A stretch of DNA of 64,000 bases from Botryllus schlosseri (lineage: Eukaryota), in the NCBI GenBank assembly GCA_051294905.1, contig CM119371.1:62001-126000 (forward strand), in the 5' to 3' direction. Every line of letters starts with the position of its first letter. Position 1 is the first letter of the stretch. Below, piece after piece: positions 40,561 to 52,669 of the stretch. A program made the translations under genes and the position numbers. Below the pieces are notes generated by a model. The model saw nothing but the letters and a program-made list of their open reading frames with translations. It was not told the DNA's origin and made no database searches.

Positions 40561-43500
40561 CTTTAGTTGCGTGATAAGATCCATGAAAATATTCAATCGA
40601 TGTGTTAGTTTGTCAACTTGAAATGTAACTCACTACACAAATCAAGTTGAATCGTATTTGAATGTATTGATTCGACCCAACTCAAATCCTTTGACAAATC
40701 CTATTAACGCGATCTGTCGAATCGAGCGTAACCCGAATATTACTGACGCCGACTTTCAGCCACATTGAATTATTCGCACACCCACGCCGCTGTTTTCACA
40801 ACTATAACTCTACAAGAATCAAGAATCACAAGTACGTGCATTACACAGTTATTGTCTTCATCAACTTGAAATCAAACCCTTAACAAAAACACGCATCTTA
40901 TCACTTGTCAACTCTATCATGAAAATCCTCGAACCCGTATTATTAAGAATGTTATAGTACGGTATCGGAATCCATTCGCGAGAAAGGTGAATCCAAATAA
41001 TCCAGAATGAAATATTTGGACTTGACATAGTGTGAATAGAAATAGGTTTGACAAACATGACTACCAACTTTGATCCAGTCACATTTCAAGATTACACTTT
41101 GAAACAATCCTTGAAACTTACAACTGTATTCACGACTGAGTTTTCCATTTGTCAAATAGAGTTTCAGTAAATACTATCGCGATATTTTAATGTGTTACTA
41201 CACACAATAGAATCAATCAATGAAATAACACCTGTTGTAAATATTTCTAACTTGACAAACACTTGTACATACCGCGATCGACTTGTGACGCGATGAGTTA
41301 AATCGGAATATTTCAATCTATTTGTCGAAACCTTGAACAAACTATCGGGTTATTTTTTGTTGCAATCGAGTGAACGGAAATAGTATTACGTCTCAACATT
41401 TCAACATCTTCCCATACACAAAAGAGTAAAATACAAAAAAACCTTGTCAAGTCAATCCGTTTGTAACTTACCCAACCAAAACAAAAAGTATCCTTACGAA
41501 AAGTAGACAAGACTACGCAAGTAATCACTACAACCAACAAACATATCAAGTTCTGTTTTAGGCATATACCACCAACTCGTCTTATTGGAATGTCAGCAAC
41601 TCTTTACGGTCGTAGTTACAACCACGTAAACTAATTTACCCTACCCACACGTCATGATCATCCCTGAAATCAACACAAACTCGACTACTGACTTGAGTTA
41701 ACCACAAAAACGGCATCAAGTTTTTTAATCCACTTATAGCTGACAGATTATTCGAATACATCGATGGAGAATATTATTGAACTCGTCGGTATTGTTACTT
41801 CAACAAATTACACCGACTGCGAAAGTTAATATCGAATGGTAAGACTTGATCACATATTTGTTGAACACAGAAATGACAAAGAACATGATCGGAATTTTAT
41901 AAACTAGTCATATTACTTTTCACATCTATCAATATCAGAATACAAGTCATCAAACTTTTTGTTAAATGTAACATAGCACTTTTGGAATCGGATTCGTTAT
42001 AGTCGTACAAATTGTATTAAACACAACATCAAAACAAAAGGACTTTTTTAGTTTATTGAAATCAAATCATTCGTCTTCGACTTGTGCTTTTTTAGATTGC
42101 CAGCGACAATTCGTTTCGAGTGAGTTGTAACCAAAGTCAAGATATCTTTGTGTCCACAGATATGGAAGATGAATATAGCTAACACAATCACGAATCGACG
42201 TTTCAGATTATTTCACGGATGTAATAAACTTGTTAGTGTCACCTATCTAAAAGTACGCACGCGCTCGATTTCCATGCCGACTGTTGCGATGTTTAGGATT
42301 CACTTACAATAACCACGGATGAGGATTTAACATCAACGTCGTTACTGGTAGTATTCACAACAGAGAATCCAAACATTACACAGTGTGAAAATATATCTTT
42401 GATATCAAAGCATTATCCCAAGTATACGATTAATAGTCAACTCCGTTCACACTTTCTATAGAACGTGCTAAATGTAAAATATCACGAGGTTGCACTCTAA
42501 GACTTTGATCATTACAAAAAGTAAATTGGAATATGTTTGCTGGATGCATTCAATTCAGCTAGAAATGTCTAGTGCACAACAATCGTAATATCAAGGAAGT
42601 ACTTGCTATCACTAAACGTGTTTTGTATCGTTGTTCATTTGTAGTATTGATTGAAATTGTTTTTGAACACTCAAATAATAATTCCCGACATGAAACCAAG
42701 CCGCTGAAAGTCGTTACCATAACAAAGAAACAATTTGTACGATGTTTGGCAAATGTACCCTATAGTTAGGTGTACTAGAATTATTTGTGTAACACATACA
42801 CCGACAATGCAATCGAAATTTTTTCCGTTGTCATTCGCTAAAGTAAATGTCATCACAATACTCTGTCACTAAAAGACGTTACTCGGGCGTGCTTGAATTC
42901 TAGGCATAGTTCTGATTTACCCAACACAAGACCCAAGGACAACCCTAGTTTCAGTCGAACACAGATATCCAAAATATCGCACACTCCGCTATTCCTAAAG
43001 TACAAACACCCGATACAAAATATTACTTGTTGTGTTGTTGCGGTATCATCTTCACAATATCACCATTTTGTTTGTGTCAATTAGTTACTTTGTATGTTAC
43101 CCCACAACTCTTATAAAAGTACGAAGGATATTAACATCGCACTAAGTAATTAACTTTACTCGATATTCTCGCATTACGAAACTAAAGAATGGTTGGTTAG
43201 ACTCTACAAACTGTTTCGATATCACGAGACCTTTATTGTATCTTAATAATCAAATAGTTCAACACAGAACTAGTACTAACAGAAACACCAGAGTTGTTTA
43301 CACAAAAGTTTGTATATGTGCACAGTATGCGAATACCATGTGTAAGTCCAGCACAATTGCGGTATCCATCCGAGTTTAGTTAACACAAATTTATTACAAC
43401 GGAGTCACGTAAACTTTCGTGAAAGGAAAGCATACTCACTCCCAGAGGGTTATGTCAATGCCATAGCAGTTCCCCAACAACAAAGTACATATGTTTTCTA

Positions 43501-44404
43501 GTCACGGTCCTTACATCTTTCACATAGATCAATCTACTTTGCTAACGAAAAGTGCTAAGTCATCACATGATCGCTCTCACAACAAAACAGCTAGTAGATA
43601 TTATCATTCAAAATATTCCTAACCCTTTACATACCAGTAACAAATCATACAACGAATATGTTTTGTGGGTCGAATTGTTGTTCAGTGTCAAGTCTACCTG
43701 TTGAAACGTACATTAAAACAACACAGTCACAATCAAATTAAAACCACGAATCTATTTTCATTTCCTCGCAAACTGTCACATACAGAAAAATAAATTTAAT
43801 TTCCCAAAACATACTTGTAACCAATCGCTTTCATTAAACACACAACACCATAATAGTATTTACTTTCTACAACATAGACATTCCGGTGTAGTCAAGAAAT
43901 ATTTTTAATAATCAAAATCATCGACTTCTGTTTACGGTGTTAGTGTGTGCATGTCATACATGTGGGCCCGTATTAAAATGGACACGACAGGACTGACTGT
44001 AAGGAGATAGAAGTCTATCGCATAGATTTACATGTGGTCTTCGCTACGGTTTCAAAAAACGAATCATCTCTTTTGCATTGATCTAGACCGAGCAAGTTAG
44101 TTAATGACCATGATTGTGTTTGTCATATGCGAATGATAGGGTTACTGTCAAATCTACATACAACAATCTTCTGACGATCATAATAGCAATTTCATTTTCC
44201 GCCCCTTCATAATTGTACAACTCGGTAACTACGTTTAACAAGACCAATCACACTACCAGCGTTGAACACAAGATACCTACCCAAGTAAAAATATCATTCT
44301 GGTTTGGACAACTGACGTTTACCTGTGTAAAATTATCATTTTCACTTGGAGGTCCACCGTCACCTAACTAAAATACCATTGTCCTTTGGAGATTTATCGT
44401 TTAC

Positions 44405-44885
44405 CCAGTGTAACAATCCCCTTTTCACTTGGAAATATATTTTTGCCCTGGATAACAAACCCCTTTTCCCTTGGAAATCTATTTTTGTCCTGGATAACAA
44501 ACCTTTTTCACTTGGAAATATATTTTTTCTCTTGGTAACAAACCTTTTTCACTTGGAAATCTATTTTTGTCCTGGATAACAAACCTTTTTCACTTGGAAA
44601 TATATTTTTTCTCTTGGTAACAAACCTTTTTCACTTGGAAATATATTTTTTCTCTTGGTAACAAACCTTTTTCACTTGGAAATATATTTTTTTCTTGGTA
44701 ACAAACCTTTTTCACTTGGAAATATATTTTTTCTCTGGGTAACAAACCTTTTTCACTTGGAAATATATTTTTTCTCTGGGTAGCAAACCTTTTTCACTTG
44801 GAAATATATTTTTTCTCTGGGTAACAAACCTTTTTCACTTGGAAATATATTTTTTCCCTGAGCAACAAACCATTTTCACTTGGCG
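44405..44885. repeat. ~41-bp minisatellite in the inner left arm
   Basis: AACAAACCTTTTTCACTTGGAAATATATTTTTTCTCTTGGT units; the mirror array at ~47595-47950 has ~3 fewer units (122-bp offset). Confidence 0.9.
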
Positions 44886-46323
44886 GGTCGTCGTTTACCT
44901 TAGTAAAAATATCATTTTCCTTTGGAGATCCGGCGTTTACCTAGTGTAACAATAAATTTTCTCTTGGTCATCTAGCTTTTCCTAGAGTAACAAAACCATT
45001 TTCATTTTGAAATCTGACAAACACACCTAACAATTTGGTATTTGTTGTATTGACGATACTTTGAAATAGATTACAACGAACAGTGACGGAAATATACACG
45101 GACTTCCGGTTTCAGAGTATACCCTCATCAGTCGTATCACATCAATATCATTGGTTAACCACATACAATATGCTCTTGTACACCGAAATGCATGTTTTGG
45201 AAAATTGGACAATAGGCTTCGATAGTCCTGTGATGTCCGGGTTCGTGCTTTGGATTTTCCAGAGTCAAAATGTCTGAATAAAACACCTCCTCGACGATGG
45301 TTGGTATGTGGATAACGGTGTTCGGAAAACGGTTGGATTTATGTCACCCATCGCGATAACAATTCCAGGTCGAGTTTTCCCCCACGCATGTTTACTATAT
45401 TGTGTCTTTATTGGTCAATGTATGTCTCGACATTCAGTTTGAAATCGGAAACCCTGATAAAGTATGTAACCGGATCCGGATATCAATTCTGAATCGATAA
45501 ACCAATGAACGATATTCAAAGTAAACATGTTACATCCTGTGTTTCCACGAAAAAATACCATCCAGACATACGTCGCGCTTGTTTACCCACAACAGTATAC
45601 GCGTAAATGGAGGTGTGTGACATTGCATGCAATGTGTTGGTATACAAACATCGGGCAGTAAGCCTTCGATCCACAGACATTATCATAGCCGGTAGTTTTG
45701 ATGTAGATCGAATGTCATCACACCCGATAACAATGTCATACCAATAAACCACATTACAATGACTCTGAGTCAATCTGAAGCAGAACATACAGACACCGTT
45801 CACTGATTTACTCGATGGTTTTATCGCGTTGTAACATTACAAGATAGTCATGACCCTATCTCCGGACAGACGTCCCAGATCAATTGGATACATGGGTCAA
45901 TATCCATCGTGTTGTCGAGACCGAAGTTTTCTGCTGAGACTGCAGCGTTTCACCAATGTGAACTATCGAAGTACGGTGCTCGAAATGATTGTGATCAGTC
46001 TTTCAGTCACGATGCAAGGATGTCGCTACTCCCACATAACGACTCCAGATAAATATCGTGAACAGTGATTCTGAAAATCTCGGACTGATACTGTGATCCA
46101 ATAAGGTATGTTTCTGTGGAATGAAGACTGCAATCGTACACCACAATAGAACACTACCTCGCTATTTCACACGCAATCATAAAACACATCATCGTAAGGG
46201 TCCAGTTCGTCCGGCAACATTTCGAAACGGTCATCGCCACAAGAGATCGGGTTGGTCTCGTCGTATCGGTAGCATTTTGAAACTGTCATCACCACAAGGC
46301 TATTGACGTCGTTTCGGTTGGTC

Positions 46324-46599
46324 ATGTCAATCCGTTTTACAATTTACCGTTTTTCAACTCCTCGCACCATACTGTTACGACACAGACAAGAAGCGTCGGT
46401 GGAAATGATAAAACACGGAAGGCACACTTTGGTGTTATTTGATATGGATTTTACACCAGACGAACCTCACATTCGAGCGATGCATTTGAATGGTGATTGT
46501 ATTATTGATGTCCAAGGAAAAGAAATGTATCGATTTATCGGTTTCGTACATATCCAACAAAAACCTGGGTATATGATTGTGCACGGTTCGCATATTTGA
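46324..46599 (+). CDS. Hypothetical 91-aa protein in the central spacer
   Basis: MSIRFTIYRFSTPRTILLRHRQEASVEMIKHGRH...VQGKEMYRFIGFVHIQQKPGYMIVHGSHI; the last 29 codons differ from the outer copy (60277-60366) only by 4 synonymous changes. Confidence 0.55.
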   Translation: MSIRFTIYRFSTPRTILLRHRQEASVEMIKHGRHTLVLFDMDFTPDEPHIRAMHLNGDCIIDVQGKEMYRFIGFVHIQQKPGYMIVHGSHI

Positions 46600-47594
46600 C
46601 TGTGATCACAATATTGGTATGTACTGTACAGTTCACTTTCACCGTTGTGCGAATAACCCATGTTACGGTTCCATGTTTGTGTGTCTGTATGTCCAGCTTC
46701 AGATTGACTCAGAGTCATTGTAATGTGGTTTATTGGTATGACATTGTTATCGGGTGTGATGACATTCGATCTACATCAAAACTACCAGCTATGATAATGG
46801 CTGTGGATCGAAGGCTTACTGCCCGATGTTTGTATACCAACACATTGCATGCAATGTCACACACCTCCATTTACGCGTATACTGTTGTGGGTAAACAAGC
46901 GCGACGTATGTCTGGATGGTATTTTTTCGTGGAAACACAGGATGTAACATGTTTACTTTGAATATCGTTCATTGGTTTATCGATTCAGAATTGATATCCG
47001 GATCCGGTTACATACTTTATCAGGGTTTCCGATTTCAAACTGAATGTCGAGACATACATTGACCAATAAAGACACAATATAGTAAACATGCGTGGGGGAA
47101 AACTCGACCTGGAATTGTTATCGCGATGGGTGACATAAATCCAACCGTTTTCCGAACACCGTTATCCACATACCAACCATCGTCGAGGAGGTGTTTTATT
47201 CAGACATTTTGACTCTGGAAAATCCAAAGCACGAACCCGGACATCACAGGACTATCGAAGCCTATTGTCCAATTTTCCAAAACATGCATTTCGGTGTACA
47301 AGAGCATATTGTATGTGGTTAACCAATGATATTGATGTGATACGACTGATGAGGGTATACTCTGAAACCGGAAGTCCGTGTATATTTCCGTCACTGTTCG
47401 TTGTAATCTATTTCAAAGTATCGTCAATACAACAAATACCAAATTGTTAGGTGTGTTTGTCAGATTTCAAAATGAAAATGGTTTTGTTACTCTAGGAAAA
47501 GCTAGATGACCAAGAGAAAATTTATTGTTACACTAGGTAAACGCCGGATCTCCAAAGGAAAATGATATTTTTACTAAGGTAAACGACGACCCGC

Positions 47595-47950
47595 CAAGTG
47601 AAAATGGTTTGTTGCTCAGGGAAAAAATATATTTCCAAGTGAAAAAGGTTTGTTACCCAGAGAAAAAATATATTTCCAAGTGAAAAAGGTTTGCTACCCA
47701 GAGAAAAAATATATTTCCAAGTGAAAAAGGTTTGTTACCAAGAGAAAAAATATATTTCCAAGTGAAAAAGGTTTGTTATCCAGGACAAAAATAGATTTCC
47801 AAGTGAAAAAGGTTTGTTACCAAGAGAAAAAATATATTTCCAAGTGAAAAAGGTTTGTTATCCAGGACAAAAATAGATTTCCAAGGGAAAAGGGGTTTGT
47901 TATCCAGGGCAAAAATATATTTCCAAGTGAAAAGGGGATTGTTACACTGG
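47595..47950. repeat. ~41-bp minisatellite in the inner right arm
   Basis: Reverse complement of the 44405-44885 array. Confidence 0.88.
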
Positions 47951-50004
47951 GTAAACGATAAATCTCCAAAGGACAATGGTATTTTAGTTAGGTGACAGTG
48001 GACCTCCAAGTGAAAATGATAATTTTACACAGGTAAACGTCAGTTGTCCAAACCAGAATGATATTTTTACTTGGGTAGGTATCTTGTGTTCAACGCTGGT
48101 AGTGTGATTGGTCTTGTTAAACGTAGTTACCGAGTTGTACAATTATGAAGGGGCGGAAAATGAAATTGCTATTATGATCGTCAGAAGATTGTTGTATGTA
48201 GATTTGACAGTAACCCTATCATTCGCATATGACAAACACAATCATGGTCATTAACTAACTTGCTCGGTCTAGATCAATGCAAAAGAGATGATTCGTTTTT
48301 TGAAACCGTAGCGAAGACCACATGTAAATCTATGCGATAGACTTCTATCTCCTTACAGTCAGTCCTGTCGTGTCCATTTTAATACGGGCCCACATGTATG
48401 ACATGCACACACTAACACCGTAAACAGAAGTCGATGATTTTGATTATTAAAAATATTTCTTGACTACACCGGAATGTCTATGTTGTAGAAAGTAAATACT
48501 ATTATGGTGTTGTGTGTTTAATGAAAGCGATTGGTTACAAGTATGTTTTGGGAAATTAAATTTATTTTTCTGTATGTGACAGTTTGCGAGGAAATGAAAA
48601 TAGATTCGTGGTTTTAATTTGATTGTGACTGTGTTGTTTTAATGTACGTTTCAACAGGTAGACTTGACACTGAACAACAATTCGACCCACAAAACATATT
48701 CGTTGTATGATTTGTTACTGGTGTGTAAAGGGTTAGGAATATTTTGAATGATAATATCTACTAGCTGTTTTGTTGTGAGAGCGATCATGTGATGACTCAG
48801 CACTTTTCGTTAGCAAAGTAGATTGATCAATGTGAAAGATGTAAGGACCGTGACTAGAAAACATATGTACTTTGTTGTTGGGGAACTGCTATGGCATTGA
48901 CATAACCCTCTGGGAGTGAGTATGCTTTCCTTTCACGAAAGTTTACGTGACTCCGTTGTAATAAATTTGTGTTAACTAAACTCGGATGGATACCGCAATT
49001 GTGCTGGACTTACACATGGTATTCGCATACTGTGCACATATACAAACTTTTGTGTAAACAACTCTGGTGTTTCTGTTAGTACTAGTTCTGTGTTGAACTA
49101 TTTGATTATTAAGATACAATAAAGGTCTCGTGATATCGAAACAGTTTGTAGAGTCTAACCAACCATTCTTTAGTTTCGTAATGCGAGAATATCGAGTAAA
49201 GTTAATTACTTAGTGCGATGTTAATATCCTTCGTACTTTTATAAGAGTTGTGGGGTAACATACAAAGTAACTAATTGACACAAACAAAATGGTGATATTG
49301 TGAAGATGATACCGCAACAACACAACAAGTAATATTTTGTATCGGGTGTTTGTACTTTAGGAATAGCGGAGTGTGCGATATTTTGGATATCTGTGTTCGA
49401 CTGAAACTAGGGTTGTCCTTGGGTCTTGTGTTGGGTAAATCAGAACTATGCCTAGAATTCAAGCACGCCCGAGTAACGTCTTTTAGTGACAGAGTATTGT
49501 GATGACATTTACTTTAGCGAATGACAACGGAAAAAATTTCGATTGCATTGTCGGTGTATGTGTTACACAAATAATTCTAGTACACCTAACTATAGGGTAC
49601 ATTTGCCAAACATCGTACAAATTGTTTCTTTGTTATGGTAACGACTTTCAGCGGCTTGGTTTCATGTCGGGAATTATTATTTGAGTGTTCAAAAACAATT
49701 TCAATCAATACTACAAATGAACAACGATACAAAACACGTTTAGTGATAGCAAGTACTTCCTTGATATTACGATTGTTGTGCACTAGACATTTCTAGCTGA
49801 ATTGAATGCATCCAGCAAACATATTCCAATTTACTTTTTGTAATGATCAAAGTCTTAGAGTGCAACCTCGTGATATTTTACATTTAGCACGTTCTATAGA
49901 AAGTGTGAACGGAGTTGACTATTAATCGTATACTTGGGATAATGCTTTGATATCAAAGATATATTTTCACACTGTGTAATGTTTGGATTCTCTGTTGTGA
50001 ATAC

Positions 50005-52669
50005 CAAAGTCACTCAACTATGACAAGTCGTCCGAACGTATTTTCATGGAGCGAGAAATGTTGCACAACTTGATGTTACGTAGTATGGCGCCTTACGGCG
50101 AACGTCGTTGTAGGTTGGATTATTTGGAGTTCGCGGCGCAAATATGGCTGGATGTGCTGTGAAAGGTCAAGAAAATGACGCATAAAGGAAGGGTAGCTCA
50201 AGAAGGAAGCAAAATAGTGTCTGACAGAGATTGTCCTGTTCTATTTCGCTTCCCAAGAAATCCAATCCTCAACGTCGTCACTTCAGAAGAAGTGGGATCA
50301 AAGGTACAGTACCGTAGTATTAGTAGTAAGTCTACTGTAGTACATGTAGTGTTCGTAAAAGTCAAATATAGAGACCTTTAGCTTTCACATACGGTACACA
50401 ATGAAATGTGGACTGTTAATTTCTCAAAACTAATATGGTGTGAAGTTAACTTGATACAGTCCATTGTTGTTATGAGTGTATACCAATTGAGTAATAAAAA
50501 TACTGAAATACAAATTTGATGTGTCTCAGGTGACCATCAGCATTGATCATTGCCTAGTGATATGACACGTTCATGGTTCATCCTCAGTGTCTTTATATTA
50601 TCCTAATCATGGGTTATATTTTATGCAGCATATGATTTCACTGGAAGAATTCCACCAATAGAGAGAAGACTTTGTAGTCTTGAAATTATTTTTCGCTTGC
50701 TAACAAACCGGTCAAGGTGGTACATGTTGTTTCGGATGAGTCTTCGTGCGGATGTGGAAAGCGGCTGGCTGGTAAGATTCAATTGTATACTGCTGAAGAG
50801 TACCATTGCTTAGCATTGTATAATACCGTTTGCAGATAGGAATGAAATACCATCTGCTGATAATCTAAGATCAGCCCTGAGTTACCCGTCAAGCATATTC
50901 AACCATCCGTCACTAATCACGATACCATATGATTTTGCGAGAACAGCTGCACACTGGAAACCTTATCCCTCGGTTATGGAACAGTGTCGGGGGTTCTCAC
51001 AAACCCTGAATTTCTTAAAGTGGCAATATCATTTTCATCGTATTGTTGTGCTTTGTCATTATCAGTGACCTTGAGCATTTTTCAAATGATTACATCTGTC
51101 ACTAAATGAAATTTCCAATAATAGCCTACATGGAAACCAGTTGAAGCCGGCATTTGACTATCGAGCATACTTTGTAATGTAGCCATACGCAGTTGGTGTT
51201 GTCTGCAAAACGCATCCTTGATTTTCTCTGGTTTGGGCAGTCCACAAAGGGTGCACTCGCAAATTTATTTAGTTTGGTACGAGATCAATTTTAGTGTATT
51301 TATTCATTTAGTATGTTATATTTTTATTCAGGTCTGCATGCGGGAAATTATCATGCAACATCAACGGAATTCATTGCTTCTTGTGAAAATGATGACGGTA
51401 CCTCAATTCCATATTCCATGCGAACCCCAAATTGATGACTCGGAATATGAATGCATGGAATCGCTCTCAGACGTATCTTATACTATCTGGCCCTGGTGGG
51501 TTGGACATTCACCAATCGTTCATTTTTTCGTGGTGCACTGGACGATGTTCGTGCAGCCAGCCCACTATGAACCGGTCCTATACCAATACCGAGAAAACCA
51601 TTGCCGAGAATGCTATTACCGAGAATGGACATTACCGGCAGTCGTCAAGCATGTCTAAGTCTACATGCAAGCTGTTTCTACTGAATGAATACAATTCGGC
51701 CTGCAGGACTGTGATATGATATGTCGACATTTTTATTGCTAGTCCTTTTTATGTTTTCTTTTCCTGGAGTGTATATGCCTCTTATTTACATGCTCTTGGT
51801 CAAGGTGCGGGAATGATTAAAATGACCGATCCAAATCATTTAGACACCGTTCAATTGTTTTCCTTATATTGCCACCTTGAGGTGTTTTGATCTGATGGAA
51901 ATTTCAATAAATGGCTGGGACTACCTATATTTCGTGTCATCCAAATACATGGATCTATCACAGAAAGCACCCGTAAATTTGTTGTCAGATTTAGAATTGT
52001 TGAAGAGAAACGAAGAATCGTACGAGGGAGAAACCAGTATGCTTGGAAATGTGCTGCAAGGTCAGGTATAAGACGAAAAATAATGAAAAACTTATTTTTA
52101 CATCTGAGGACTTTGAGGATAAGGTTTCTACATGTTAGTTCTCATCTATTGCATAAAAGTTGCTGCAGACATGTGTTTAGAAGCGGAGGCTAGTCAGAAA
52201 TCCCGGTGTGAAGGGTGGTAGTTGTCTGCTTGCAGGTTGGTTGTCTAGTCAGTGAGTACTCCAGTTCCATTGGGCAGTGATACCAGGTCATGGAATTCGT
52301 GCGGCTATGGTGGAATGTAAAACTGGACGGTCATGACCAGCAATAATCCTGCATCCCGACTAGTAATATTTTCGGTCTACGCCAAGATTGATATTGCAGC
52401 ATATATAAGGTATATTTCGTTTGAAGGTCAACCATACAGAAATATTTCGTTTTAATATCGTTGAAATACATACTGCAATCCTTGAAATCCCACACAGCCA
52501 AATAATTCTCGAGAAATAACCGTTAAAAGTCGAAATATAAGGTCGGCAAGCACGGATTTCCATTACCGCAGGTTAGCGCCGACGGACTTTTGTGCAACAT
52601 TTTGCGCTCCAGTACTCTCATAACATTGCGCTTATTAGTCGGACGACTTGTCATAGTTGAGTGACTTTG
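50005..52669 (+). mobile_element. P-element-like TIR DNA transposon with a decayed THAP-like start
   Basis: Perfect 31-bp TIR CAAAGTCACTCAACTATGACAAGTCGTCCGA; 8-bp TSD GTGAATAC; absent from the left arm. Remnant MAGCAVKG..N / VLFRFPRNP at 50144-50300. Confidence 0.8.

Noticed and set aside
44405..44885. CRISPR-like array
   Set aside because: Contiguous tandem units with no unique spacers, no cas genes, eukaryotic context.
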